Assembly: GCA_043754515.1 (NCBI GenBank)
Contig: JAYUUO010000272.1
Location: 1-23,629 of the forward strand
DNA: 23,629 nt
Direction: 5' to 3'
Source of the DNA: Armatimonadota bacterium
Lineage (GTDB): Bacteria > Armatimonadota > Armatimonadia > Armatimonadales > Armatimonadaceae
The notes below the pieces were generated by a model that had not been told where the DNA came from, did not search any database, and worked only from the letters and a program-made list of their open reading frames with translations. This document shows, in pieces, positions 6,689-17,908 of the stretch. The translations under genes and the position numbers were made by a program. The number at the start of each line of letters is the position of its first letter. Position 1 is the first letter of the stretch.

Positions 6689-7290
6689 TAGGTAAAGTAG
6701 TCGAACGTCGTACCTTCAAACTCCGACGTCTCCCGCCGGACGTAATCCGATCCGCCGACCATCGTCTCGCGCCACGGCTCGCGTACTCTGTTATCCCCGT
6801 ACGGGCAAGGAAACTCTCGCACATTGCCGCCGAAGATCGCCACCTCGCGCCACCACGCCCCGCAGGACAGAAGCCCGAATCGGCGCACCCCGGCGAGGTC
6901 GGAGGGCAATGTCACGGCGTCGCTATCATACGACGCCTTCACCCGCACGTAAGAGGTGACCCAGTTCAATGCCCGGTTTGGCGTTCCGCTCGGATCGCGG
7001 AACGCCGCAACCGCGCACCACTCGCGGAACATCCGCTTGCGATAGGCGTCCAACTTCTCAATCGCGTTGCGGAAACGGAGTGCGTCTCGCCGGTCGCTGA
7101 TCGTAGCTAGTTGCGCGATCCGTTCGCCGAGATCGTCCGTGTAGGGTTGCGTTTTTACCTCCTCCAGAATGCCCTCCCTCTCTCGCCGGTGTTCCCGTTC
7201 GAGCCGTTCGTATTCGGCTTCTATGGCGTCGAGCGTCGGCAAAGTTTCGTAGGTTTTATCGGTGACAGATTCCAGGCATCCCGGTTTCAT
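6472..7290 (-). CDS. Hypothetical protein (272 aa), translationally coupled to the integrase
   Basis: ATGA overlap with the integrase stop (7287-7290). N-terminal coiled coil, C-terminal beta-rich region. Confidence 0.7.
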   Translation of the reverse strand: MKPGCLESVTDKTYETLPTLDAIEAEYERLEREHRREREGILEEVKTQPYTDDLGERIAQLATISDRRDALRFRNAIEKLDAYRKRMFREWCAVAAFRDPSGTPNRALNWVTSYVRVKASYDSDAVTLPSDLAGVRRFGLLSCGAWWREVAIFGGNVREFPCPYGDNRVREPWRETMVGGSDYVRRETSEFEGTTFDYFTYHRIRDGVRQTSQLLAVIEGRPASGVVVRSFVVSGDNLFRPDVSGDKPVDWEILTEGDMLKGGVKVVKSHIA

Positions 7291-8369
7291 ACGCGGCCCC
7301 TTTTCGCGTCCCGGAGCCGGTCGCCGGGACTTGACAGCCGGTGCGCCGCCGTGAGGTCGGCCTGGGACAGGGCGAGGTACCGGTTCACCATCGCCATCGA
7401 GTTGTGCCCGAGCGCGGCCTTGAGCGCGAATACGTTCCCGCCGTTTCGGAGCATGAGACAGGCGAACGTGTGGCGCAGGCTGTGCAGGCTACAGCGCACC
7501 GTCGCCGGGAGTTTCGCGCGCGCCCCGAGCCGCTTGAACAGGAGCGCGACGCCGGAGCGGGTCGTGGCGTTCACGCCCGCGTCCGGCCCCCGGTCGGACA
7601 GGAACAGCGGCTCGCGGGCGTCCGCGCCCCGCCGGTCGCCTTGCAGGTAGTCCCACAGGGCGCGTTTGGCGTTCCGCCCGAACGGCACGGTCCGCGACTT
7701 GCCCCCCTTGCCCTCCCGCACGAGCACCTGCCCCCCCGTGAAGTCCACGTCGCCTACGGACAGGCCGCAGACCTCCGACACGCGGAACCCGCAGTCGAGC
7801 ATCACCCACAGGATCGCGACGTCGCGGCGCGGGTTGTTCGTGTGTCTCGCGGCGGCGATCAGGCCCTCCACCTGCGCCTCGCTGAACGGCTGCACATGGT
7901 CGGGGCTGTCTATCGGCGGCGCGATCCGGTCGAGCGGGCTGACCGAGAGTTCGCCGTCCTTGACGCACCAGCGCAGGAACGCGCGTATCGAGGCGTGGAA
8001 GGATTTCACCGATCCGAGCTTCAGCGGCTCGGTCTCGCGTTCGCTGTCCCACCGGCCCGGCGGCGTCTCGTGCCCGTGGTTCAGATACAGGAAAAAGTCG
8101 GCGATTTCTTTGTAGCCGATCCGCTCCCAGCCGCGCTTGTTCCCAAGCCAGGTCAGCCGCCCCAGGCGGTACCGGCGGTTCGCGAGGGTCGCCTTACTGT
8201 GCCGCTCGATGTCGCCTTTGACGAGGTACGTCTCGACGAGGGCGGGGAAGGACGCGAACGGCAGGGCGTCGCGCACGGCGGGCGGCTGAACGGGCGTCGC
8301 CGTGCTTGTCCGATTGCGGTTCCGAAGCGTGCGGGCTTCGGGCCTCAAAGGAAGTGGTGTTTCTGTCAT
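7287..8369 (-). CDS. int: Tyrosine recombinase / phage integrase family
   Basis: Catalytic set intact: R (DCGFRVSE), K (GKGGKSR), HSLRH, LGH, Y (MVNRY). GGAGAGG RBS. Adjacent to the tRNA. Confidence 0.96.
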   Translation of the reverse strand: MTETPLPLRPEARTLRNRNRTSTATPVQPPAVRDALPFASFPALVETYLVKGDIERHSKATLANRRYRLGRLTWLGNKRGWERIGYKEIADFFLYLNHGHETPPGRWDSERETEPLKLGSVKSFHASIRAFLRWCVKDGELSVSPLDRIAPPIDSPDHVQPFSEAQVEGLIAAARHTNNPRRDVAILWVMLDCGFRVSEVCGLSVGDVDFTGGQVLVREGKGGKSRTVPFGRNAKRALWDYLQGDRRGADAREPLFLSDRGPDAGVNATTRSGVALLFKRLGARAKLPATVRCSLHSLRHTFACLMLRNGGNVFALKAALGHNSMAMVNRYLALSQADLTAAHRLSSPGDRLRDAKRGRV

Positions 8370-8459
8370 CTAGCCTCTCCAATCGGATGGTAAAGGCCCG
8401 GAACCGTGTCTGTTGTTGATACTCCCCGCCATGCGCGGCAACGCATTGATGCGGGAAAA

Positions 8460-8531
8460 TAGGCAGTAGCGGATTTGAACCGCTGACCTCTTCCGTGTCA
8501 AGGAAGCGCTCTACCCCTGAGCCAACCGCCT
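8460..8531 (-). tRNA. tRNA-Val(GAC), CCA not encoded
   Basis: AGGCGGT/ACTGCCT acceptor stem, GCTC/GAGC D-arm, CTTCC-TTGACAC-GGAAG anticodon arm, AGCGG-TTCAAAT-CCGCT T-arm, discriminator A. Confidence 0.97.
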
Positions 8532-8568
8532 GTGTCGTCACCCCCCGCTATGAGGAATGACGAAAAAT

Positions 8569-8597
8569 ACTATACCGTGGTTTGTCGAGTCCGGCAA
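8569..8597 (-). promoter_or_regulatory. Sigma70-type promoter for tRNA-Val
   Basis: TTGCCG (8597-8592) - 17 nt - TATAGT (8574-8569), 37 nt upstream of the tRNA. Confidence 0.7.
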
Positions 8598-8985
8598 GTT
8601 TTGAGCGGCTGTTTTTGTGTGGTTGGCGCAGTGCGGAAGGACGAGCCGTTCTCAACCGGGGGGTTGTCGGATCATAATCTTATATTGGCCTGTTCGCGAC
8701 CCTGATGTCATGCGCGCCACCTGGTACACGACGAATACAGTGGAGCCGTCTGGATGAGGGGGCGACCCATTCGCCCGTAATGGCACTACCAGCGGTTGTG
8801 ACCGACCTATGCTCCAAGAGACACAGATTGGGGAAGTCACGTTTGTCAGGTTAATACCAGCTGATCGAGCGGCGGGATGCTTTACGAAGTCGGCGGTCAT
8901 CCCCCACCACACATAAACGAAGGAAGCGCGGCACGGCCTCGTAGGTATTGCCACTACGAGACCGAGCCACGCTCTTGTGAGCAGA

Positions 8986-9447
8986 CTACTTCAGCCGGTT
9001 CAATGTCGCCGTCTGGCCCGTGTATTCAAGCGTCTGCCAGCCCGGTGATTCAGGCCGCGTCCTGTAGTCCAGAAATATACCGCCCATAAGCAGTAGCCAG
9101 ATGAATCCGAGAGCCGCCCAGAACACCGTGAGTTGCGTCGAGCCGCGCAAGTTCATGAAGTTACGTATCACCAAGAACGCCTTGACGACCGCAACCAGCA
9201 ACGCCACGATCAGGTTGATCCCGACTATCGGGATGAACTTGGACAGATCAATGTAGTACAGTCCCACCGTGATCGCAAGCAACACCGTGATGGCGACCGC
9301 CGTCAGGTGAAACAGGCTCATCGGCGGGTGACTTATATGAAACTCGCTGTAGTGCGGCAGGTCTTCGTGTAGGCGAGTATCGCCTCCGTGCCCGTGGGAA
9401 CCGCCCCCGTTCCCCGGAGTGCTCGATTGAAATGCGGTAGTTGCCAT
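8986..9447 (-). CDS. coxD: Cytochrome c oxidase subunit IV (prokaryotic)
   Basis: Three TM helices, 'VALLVAVVKAFLVIRNFMNL' motif, last gene of the cox cluster. Confidence 0.85.
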   Translation of the reverse strand: MATTAFQSSTPGNGGGSHGHGGDTRLHEDLPHYSEFHISHPPMSLFHLTAVAITVLLAITVGLYYIDLSKFIPIVGINLIVALLVAVVKAFLVIRNFMNLRGSTQLTVFWAALGFIWLLLMGGIFLDYRTRPESPGWQTLEYTGQTATLNRLK

Positions 9448-9501
9448 GTTGGTTACAAAGGATCGCCCGCCCCCTCCGCAGGGAGGAGACGGGGCTTGAC
9501 T

Positions 9502-10469
9502 TTACGAGATCAGATACATCAGCGGGAACAGGAATATCCATACGATGTCCACGAAGTGCCAGTACAGCCCGACCATTTCCAGCGGCATGTAATCCAGCGT
9601 CACCGACGGGTGATTGAATACGCGTAGCCCGATAATGGTACCCATCATCAGGATACCGATGATGATATGGATCGCGTGCAGACCGGTCATCCCGAAATAG
9701 ATCGAGAAGAACAGTTGTGCCCGCTTGGACGCCGTTTCAACGTACGACGGCCCGCCCTGGTACGACGTGAACGGACCGGCTTCCGTACTTGCCACTGTCG
9801 AGTAGGTCGGGTTCGTCAGACGGTAACCGGCGGCTAGCTCCTCGACAGTCGGGTACGTCGGGAAGACTCGCTTCGCCTCATGCTTGTACAACTTCGCGTA
9901 GATCACTCCGCTAGCGGACTCCGCGCCCGGTATGGCCGCTGCGGGAGCGAGCGCGAGGGCCTCGGCCTTCTCGCCCTTCTTCGCCTCTTCCTCGATCCAC
10001 ATCGTGTTCGCCATGGCATAGTTGAAGTTGCCCACCCACAAGCCCTCACGGAATTTGGACGTGTACTCGATCCCCTTGATGCCCAGAAACACGAAAGAAA
10101 GCAAGATGACAAAAGAAAGCCACGAGATCATCGGCCACTTCTTGCCGTGCTGATTGGCTACTACCGCCATCACCATACTATAGGATGAGAGTAACAGAAC
10201 GGCGGTGTTTGCCGTCCCATAGCCGATGTCCAGGAACCGGTGACAGTCCAGGTAGGTAGACGGGTACAGCGTGCGGTACACCGAATAAGCGAGGAATAGC
10301 GCGCCGAAGAACATGATCTCCGTGACGAGGAACGTCCACATGCCGACGATGTAGCACTCATTCTGCTGATCAATGTCCTCGAACTGGTGCGCGACTGGCT
10401 GATCAATGATCCCGCCATGCGCCCCGCCGCCGCGCGGCGGGGCAGTGCCCGCTATCGTGTTCCGCAAAC

Positions 10470-10473
<4 letters not shown>
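9502..10473 (-). CDS. coxC: Cytochrome c oxidase subunit III
   Basis: [31 protein letters not shown] and [16 protein letters not shown] motifs. Confidence 0.95.
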
Positions 10474-12248
<1,775 letters not shown>

Positions 12249-12251
12249 ATT

Positions 12252-13391
12252 CTATCGCTCCCCTCCATACATATACCGCCATTGCTGGTTGTCGGTATTC
12301 GCGGCGCGTGCTCCCTCTCGGTCATCCGCCCCGCCACTATTCTGCTCCGGTTTCTCGGTCTGGGCCGTGTTGGTCATCTGGGCTGTTCCCGGTGCCGGTG
12401 TGTCCGCTGACAGTGACTTGACGTACGCATTGATCTGCAACACGTCTTCCTCGTTCAGCGAACCTTTGTAAGACGGCATGCCCTGCGGCCAACCCGCTAG
12501 CGCATATTCCGTCGGATAGTATAGCACATTACGCAGGTAGCCGTCATCCGCGACCACCTTGGTGTTATTCTGCAACTGCCGCGTCTTGCCGAACAGGCCG
12601 ACAAGCGACGGACCGCGTCCGCGTTGCACTGCTACCGTCGAGTGGCACGACGAACACTGGTACTTCTCATAGAGTGCCGCGCCGCGCTGAGTCGCCGTCA
12701 GCCCGCCGAACTTGTCGGGGTAGCCGCCGATCGCGACCGGGTGCGCGGGCGAGGCCACCCATTTCTGATAGTCGCCCCGGCTTTGCACATAAACCCAGCC
12801 GCCCATCTCCGAATGTTGCGTCCCGCAGTACATGTTGCAGTACAGGTGGTACTTACCGACGCGGGTCGGCGTGAACCAGAACGTGGTATAGATACCGGGC
12901 TGCGTCTGCCGCTGCAACCGGAATTCCGGCACGTAGAACGCGTGAATGACGTCCTGCGAGATCATCACGATCTTAACCGGCTCGCCGACCGGGATGTGCA
13001 GTTCGTTGTTTTCGCGGATGCCGTTCGCATGTTGCATGTGCCACATCCACTGCTTGCCGATCACGAACACTTCCTTCGCGTTTTTGGGCACTGTATATAC
13101 TTGCGTGTAAACCTTAGCGGACCAGAAAAACACGCCGAGACCCAGCAGAAGCGGCGGTAGGCTCCAGCCGACTTCCAGCAGGGTGTTGTGCCCGACGGGG
13201 CGGGAGCGGTCAACGTTGTTGCCGCGCCGATAGTAAACCGCGAGTCCTATCCCCACCGCGAAGACGATCACCGTGAACAGCACCGAGAGCCCGGTGAGTG
13301 CCCAAAATAGTTTGTCTACGTCGTCGGCGTAAGTAGAAGCCGCGACCGGTATGAACGGCGTCGCGCCGAATGCCGATGATTTGTCGCCCAT
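12252..13391 (-). CDS. coxB: Cytochrome c oxidase subunit II with C-terminal cytochrome c (caa3-type)
   Basis: Two TM helices, KQWMW, DVIH, CuA motif CNMYCGTQHSEM, C-terminal CSSCH and MP. Confidence 0.95.
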   Translation of the reverse strand: MGDKSSAFGATPFIPVAASTYADDVDKLFWALTGLSVLFTVIVFAVGIGLAVYYRRGNNVDRSRPVGHNTLLEVGWSLPPLLLGLGVFFWSAKVYTQVYTVPKNAKEVFVIGKQWMWHMQHANGIRENNELHIPVGEPVKIVMISQDVIHAFYVPEFRLQRQTQPGIYTTFWFTPTRVGKYHLYCNMYCGTQHSEMGGWVYVQSRGDYQKWVASPAHPVAIGGYPDKFGGLTATQRGAALYEKYQCSSCHSTVAVQRGRGPSLVGLFGKTRQLQNNTKVVADDGYLRNVLYYPTEYALAGWPQGMPSYKGSLNEEDVLQINAYVKSLSADTPAPGTAQMTNTAQTEKPEQNSGGADDREGARAANTDNQQWRYMYGGER

Positions 13392-13394
13392 ACG

Positions 13395-14327
13395 TTACGC
13401 TCTATCCTTCTTAATAACATCAGGTCCCGACTCGGTAGGAAGTAGCTTGGGTACCTTTCCGTCCTTGATCAAAGCCGGAATAATAAACAGACCGAGTAGA
13501 AAGATCGTGGAAAAACCCGCGATCTGTAGCACCCGAAAAATCGCCGGACCGTACGTGCCGGTCTGCGGGTCATAGTGGTAGCAGAACAGGATTACCTGAT
13601 CAACGACACTCCCGATCTTGCCGTGTCCGGCTTCGGTCAGTGCTAGTTTCATCTGCCCCGCCGGGTACTCGACGCCGTAAAAATAGCGCGACACATGGCC
13701 GTCCGGGGTTATCACTACTATACCGCTCGCATGTGCATAGTTGTCGGAGCGGGGATCGTACTTGTACTTATAACCGATCTCGTCCGCGAGTTTGCGGATA
13801 TTCGGCTCGTCGCCAGTCAGGAAATGCCAGCCGGTCTCGGCACCGGGGATACCGAGCAGGGAAAGGTATTCTTTCTTCTTAGCGGCGGCGAGTTCCGGCG
13901 TCTCCTTCGGCGCGATGCTAACCGTGATCGCCTGAAAGTCCCGCCCGATGCGGTACTTGTTGCGCGGGTCGGCGAACGTCTTCATCATGCCGTCCAGCAT
14001 AGCCGGGCAAATGCCGGGACACTTGTAGAAGAGCATCACGAGCACTACCGGCTTTCCGGCGTTGAAATACTTCTTCAGTTCGACCGTTTTGCCGTCCTCG
14101 TCGCGGAACGTGTTGGCAAGCGTGATCTGCGAATCGAGTCGCTGATCGAACTTAACGTCCGTCGCCGCGTTAATGCCCGTGTTCCGGGGCGGCGTGTACG
14201 GATTGAGCGACATCGGCGGGTCAACCTTGCGACCGTCGCCCTGCGCGAGCGCGGGACGCCCCGCGAGTAGCGACGCCGCCGCTACCGCCACCATCCCCGC
14301 GCCTAGTTGTGTAATTCCCTTACGCAT
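13395..14327 (-). CDS. SCO1/SenC family copper chaperone
   Basis: CPGIC (CxxxC), WHFLTG, conserved His (YAHASG), signal peptide, C-terminal TM. Confidence 0.93.
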   Translation of the reverse strand: MRKGITQLGAGMVAVAAASLLAGRPALAQGDGRKVDPPMSLNPYTPPRNTGINAATDVKFDQRLDSQITLANTFRDEDGKTVELKKYFNAGKPVVLVMLFYKCPGICPAMLDGMMKTFADPRNKYRIGRDFQAITVSIAPKETPELAAAKKKEYLSLLGIPGAETGWHFLTGDEPNIRKLADEIGYKYKYDPRSDNYAHASGIVVITPDGHVSRYFYGVEYPAGQMKLALTEAGHGKIGSVVDQVILFCYHYDPQTGTYGPAIFRVLQIAGFSTIFLLGLFIIPALIKDGKVPKLLPTESGPDVIKKDRA

Positions 14328-14344
14328 TGTGTTCCCAGCACTTT

Positions 14345-15169
14345 CTAATTACCAGTGCCATGTCCATCCGTGGTCTTCGGCGTGGTCAGGTTCGCCTCGC
14401 CCGAAGTATGAGTCGCCCCCTGCGTCGGCGCGCCGGCGGACGGTGCCCGGAGCATCGGCGCGCCCGAGGTTCCCGGTGCCGGAACGCCCGGCATCTGGTT
14501 CACTGGCGCGATACCCACCCCACCGCCGTTGTCCGGAGCCGGTGCCCCGCCCGGTACCTGACCGATGTTCGCCTCTTTCGCCTCGGTCGGTGTGTTCTTA
14601 CGATCCTCGGTCAGAATGTCCGTCGCGCGTCCGGCGTTCTTGGTCGCCGGTCCCGCCTTGCCCATGCTCGGCGAGCTCTTCGCCGCAACGTTCCCGTCCG
14701 TGTACTTGCCGGAGCCTGGGTATGCGTCGCCGCTCGGTTTCGCCACGCTTCCTTTGACGCCCGCTATCCCCTCGCTCGCGATCTGGTCAATCGCCTCGCC
14801 GACCGGGATCGAAACGCGCCCCTCGCTGGTCCGGCTGTAGCCGTCCACGATCCGCTTTTCGTCGCGCCGATACATAATCATATCGCGCTTGGGCAGGGTT
14901 TGTAATTGCGGCATCGGCGGATTGTTACGAATCGGTTGTGTCCGGTAGAACTCCGATTGGTATGCCACCTGCCCGGTCTCGGGGATGAACTGGTTTTCCA
15001 GAAACAGCACCCCGACCGACACCACGCCGATGAATACGAACAGGCAGACTATCCAGCGCAGGATAGCGGTCGGCCCGACGTCGCGCGTCTCGTAGCCCAT
15101 CTGCCCCAGCAGATCGCTCGGAACCCTGTCCGATACGTAGCCGTGATCTTGATCGTTTTCGTGTGCCAT
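14345..15169 (-). CDS. ActG-like single-TM accessory subunit with a long low-complexity tail
   Basis: ATG at 15169 with AGGA RBS (the track start overlaps actF). 'GYETRDV' + TM + 'PQLQ...Y...VSIPVGEAI' pattern; lies between actF and SCO. Confidence 0.7.
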   Translation of the reverse strand: MAHENDQDHGYVSDRVPSDLLGQMGYETRDVGPTAILRWIVCLFVFIGVVSVGVLFLENQFIPETGQVAYQSEFYRTQPIRNNPPMPQLQTLPKRDMIMYRRDEKRIVDGYSRTSEGRVSIPVGEAIDQIASEGIAGVKGSVAKPSGDAYPGSGKYTDGNVAAKSSPSMGKAGPATKNAGRATDILTEDRKNTPTEAKEANIGQVPGGAPAPDNGGGVGIAPVNQMPGVPAPGTSGAPMLRAPSAGAPTQGATHTSGEANLTTPKTTDGHGTGN

Positions 15170-15176
15170 TGTTTTC

Positions 15177-16454
15177 CTAATGATGCGAATCGAGCTTCGT
15201 TTCTTGTAGCCGGGTGTCGAACGCGACCACCGGCGTATGCCGCTTGTACTGCGCCGCGAACAGCGCGACCCACACGCCGCCGAGCATCGCCCAGGCCGCG
15301 AAATCAACCGCCACCGCACCGAAGTCGGTCGGCGACCGGTTAAAGAACGGCGTGATCTGGTACCAGATGTCTATCACGCGCACCGCCAGTATGCAGATCG
15401 CGACGCGGCGCAAAAGGGCCGGCGTCCGCTTCGTCCGGCCCGACAGCAGGAGCAGGAACGGGACGAAAAACTGCCCCATGACGACCAGGAAGCCGATGAA
15501 CGCCCACGGCCCCTTGAACCGCTCGTAGTAGAACGACACGTACTCCGGCAGGTTCCCCGACCAGTAGATTAGCACCTGCGAGATCGAGAAGTAGCCCCAG
15601 ACCATTGTCATGCCGAACATCATATTGCCGAGGTCTTTGGTCAGCCCCGGCGTCACGATGGTGTCATACGGGGCGCGGTCGTGGAACGACGTAATAAACA
15701 CTGTGCCGAGCGCGATAGCCGCTCCAATACCTACCGCCGCCCACCAGACGCCGTAGATCGTCGAGAACCAGTGCGGGTCGAGGCTCATCACCATGTCCGT
15801 GATGAAGAACGTGATGGTCACGCCGAACACCACGAAGCCCGGCGCGGCGACGTTCACGCGGTCCTGCGCGATCACATTGTCGAGCGTCCGGTCCTGCATT
15901 ACCGTGCCCTTCTTGCCATACGCAAAATAATGGTTGTAATAGATCCAGATGCCGAAGAACAGAGCATAGCGCAATGCCACGGCGACCGGATTCAAGTACG
16001 GTGCCTTGTGTATCAGGATCGGGTCGTGGTGCGCCTCGGGCGACGTCCACGGGTACAGGTGGAAGCCCATCTGGTCGCCGAAGAACATGGACGCGACCAG
16101 TGGCAACCCGAGAAAGAACAGGTAGCGCAGGTTGGATGCGCCCGCCTCGCACACCCGAAGCATCGAGACCGCCCATGTCGCCTTGATCATGCTGGCGAGG
16201 ATCTGCACGCCCAGACATCCGAGCGACAGGATCAGCCAGAAGACATATGCGAACGTGTATGACTGGAACGCGAGGTTTAGACCCGACACGCTGTTCGTGG
16301 TCGCCGACCCGCCGAGCGCGACCGCCGCGATTAGGCCGACCGCGCCCACAATCCCGATCGTGGAAAACAGCCGCGCCACGCCCCCCACGTCGTTGAAGAT
16401 CGAGCCACGCTTGCCACCGCCCGCGGCAGGATCGGGGTAGCTATTTGCTGCCAT
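15177..16454 (-). CDS. actF: Alternative complex III membrane subunit F
   Basis: ~10 TM helices, KAPYLN, DMVMSLDPHWFSTIYG, DLGNMMF, IYWSGNLPE. Confidence 0.92.
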   Translation of the reverse strand: MAANSYPDPAAGGGKRGSIFNDVGGVARLFSTIGIVGAVGLIAAVALGGSATTNSVSGLNLAFQSYTFAYVFWLILSLGCLGVQILASMIKATWAVSMLRVCEAGASNLRYLFFLGLPLVASMFFGDQMGFHLYPWTSPEAHHDPILIHKAPYLNPVAVALRYALFFGIWIYYNHYFAYGKKGTVMQDRTLDNVIAQDRVNVAAPGFVVFGVTITFFITDMVMSLDPHWFSTIYGVWWAAVGIGAAIALGTVFITSFHDRAPYDTIVTPGLTKDLGNMMFGMTMVWGYFSISQVLIYWSGNLPEYVSFYYERFKGPWAFIGFLVVMGQFFVPFLLLLSGRTKRTPALLRRVAICILAVRVIDIWYQITPFFNRSPTDFGAVAVDFAAWAMLGGVWVALFAAQYKRHTPVVAFDTRLQETKLDSHH

Positions 16455-17232
16455 TCGCGCCTCCCACGGGAGTCGAGTTCCGGTCCGCCGGAGCGGGTTC
16501 CGGTCTTGACTTCGTCTCGCCCTGGTAGTTGCTACCCGAATCCTTCATCGTTTCCCCTTTGCGCGTGTCGCCATCGGGGCGATACTGCGACTCGTCGGCA
16601 CTCTCCCGCGCCTTCTGGTCTAGTTCGGGGGTCGGTGCGACGCCGGCCTGCGCCCGTTGCAACGCCCGCACGTACGCGACGACAGCCCACCGGTCGTTGA
16701 CATCCTGGATGCGCGCCGAGTAGCCGTACATCACGCCGTAGCCGTTCGTGATCACATCATAGATGTGGCCGTCCTCGACCTCGCGTAGTCGCTTGGTATG
16801 GTACGACGCTGCTAGCTTCTGCCAGTAGCCGAGGCCCCGCTGCATGATCATCCCGTTCCCGTTCCCGGCCTTGCCGTGGCACGGCTGGCAGTACACGTTG
16901 TATTGCTCCTGCCCTTGCAACAGCATCTCCTTCGGCGACGAGAACGACTTCACGGCGTTCACAGGGATGGTCTTCGTCAGCTTCTTGGGTCCGCCGTTCC
17001 CGATCATGTCGTAGCCGGTGTGGTACGCGTCCTGCAGCCTGAGCGTGCCTTGCGAGACCGCGCCCGGAACGAGCGGGCGCGACGCCTGCTGGTCGGAAAA
17101 AAAGTCCGACTGGTAGTACGGCTTCGCCTTCGGCTGAATCCACATATCCACGTGGCAACCGGTCAGGACGGGCGCGGCGAGCAATGCCAGCACACCCAGC
17201 ACCACTATTCGATTATTTCGCTTGGTTAGCAT
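16441..17232 (-). CDS. actE: Alternative complex III monoheme cytochrome c lipoprotein subunit E
   Basis: Lipobox LTGC, DMWIQPK, CQPCHG, ITNGYGVM, DRWAVVAYVRALQ. Confidence 0.92.
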   Translation of the reverse strand: MLTKRNNRIVVLGVLALLAAPVLTGCHVDMWIQPKAKPYYQSDFFSDQQASRPLVPGAVSQGTLRLQDAYHTGYDMIGNGGPKKLTKTIPVNAVKSFSSPKEMLLQGQEQYNVYCQPCHGKAGNGNGMIMQRGLGYWQKLAASYHTKRLREVEDGHIYDVITNGYGVMYGYSARIQDVNDRWAVVAYVRALQRAQAGVAPTPELDQKARESADESQYRPDGDTRKGETMKDSGSNYQGETKSRPEPAPADRNSTPVGGANGSK

Positions 17233-17259
17233 GATCGTTTGATTCGCACCTTTAACTAA

Positions 17260-17904
17260 CTACTTGGCCACTTCGGACACGTCGTCCGCCCCGGTCGAGC
17301 GCAGGAACCGCGCCACATCCGACGGGTCGAAGCGCGGGTCGTGCGCCTCAATACACAGAAAGAACCGATCCACGGTAGCCCGCTCGAAGTTCTTCGCCCC
17401 GAACACCGGGTGGTACGGCTTCGGAAGGCCGTTCAGGAAAATCATCGAACCCGCCGCCGCGAAGCCCGCGTTCAGAATCGTCATCTCGTAAGCGACCGGG
17501 ATCATCTGCGGCCACGACAGGAGCGGCTTGCCCCCGACGTTCCAGGCGTAATCCACGACCGCGACGAAATACTGGCCCATCCATCCCCCGAGGCCACCCA
17601 GCAACCCGCCGAAGAACGCCGACCAGGGCACCCGGTCATCCACGTGGAGAACCGCCTCGGCGAGGCCGTGGATCGGCATCGGCGAGTACGCGTCCATCTT
17701 CGTATAGCCCGCCTCTTTAGCGAGTTCTGCCGCGTGCAACAAGTCGTCCGGGTCGTGGTACTCGGCGATCACGCCATGCAAACCCGTGATTTCGAGTTCG
17801 GCTTGGTACGCCTGCGCGTGCGAATGGTGCCCGCCGTTGTGTCCGACCGAGTCCGGCTCGTGTTTGTCCAGCCCGAAAGGGGCACCGTTGTTTCCGCTTG
17901 CCAT
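17260..17904 (-). CDS. actD: Alternative complex III subunit D (DUF3341)
   Basis: DAYSPMPIHGL, VGGKP, IPVAYEMTIL, DRFFLCI; two TM helices. Confidence 0.92.
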   Translation of the reverse strand: MASGNNGAPFGLDKHEPDSVGHNGGHHSHAQAYQAELEITGLHGVIAEYHDPDDLLHAAELAKEAGYTKMDAYSPMPIHGLAEAVLHVDDRVPWSAFFGGLLGGLGGWMGQYFVAVVDYAWNVGGKPLLSWPQMIPVAYEMTILNAGFAAAGSMIFLNGLPKPYHPVFGAKNFERATVDRFFLCIEAHDPRFDPSDVARFLRSTGADDVSEVAK

Positions 17905-17908
17905 GGTG

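Larger units (their letters stand above)
564..8506. mobile_element. tRNA-Val-integrated genomic island / integrative element (core-to-core distance 7,896 bp)
   Basis: Direct repeat of the tRNA 3' half at both ends, tyrosine integrase next to the intact tRNA, phage/plasmid-type small genes inside. Confidence 0.92.

Noticed and set aside
7341..8393. 350-aa + strand ORF
   Set aside because: Antisense shadow of the integrase in GC-rich DNA.
8652..8954. 100-aa minus-strand ORF between coxD and the tRNA
   Set aside because: No clear RBS or motif and atypical codon usage; could be a remnant but cannot be supported.
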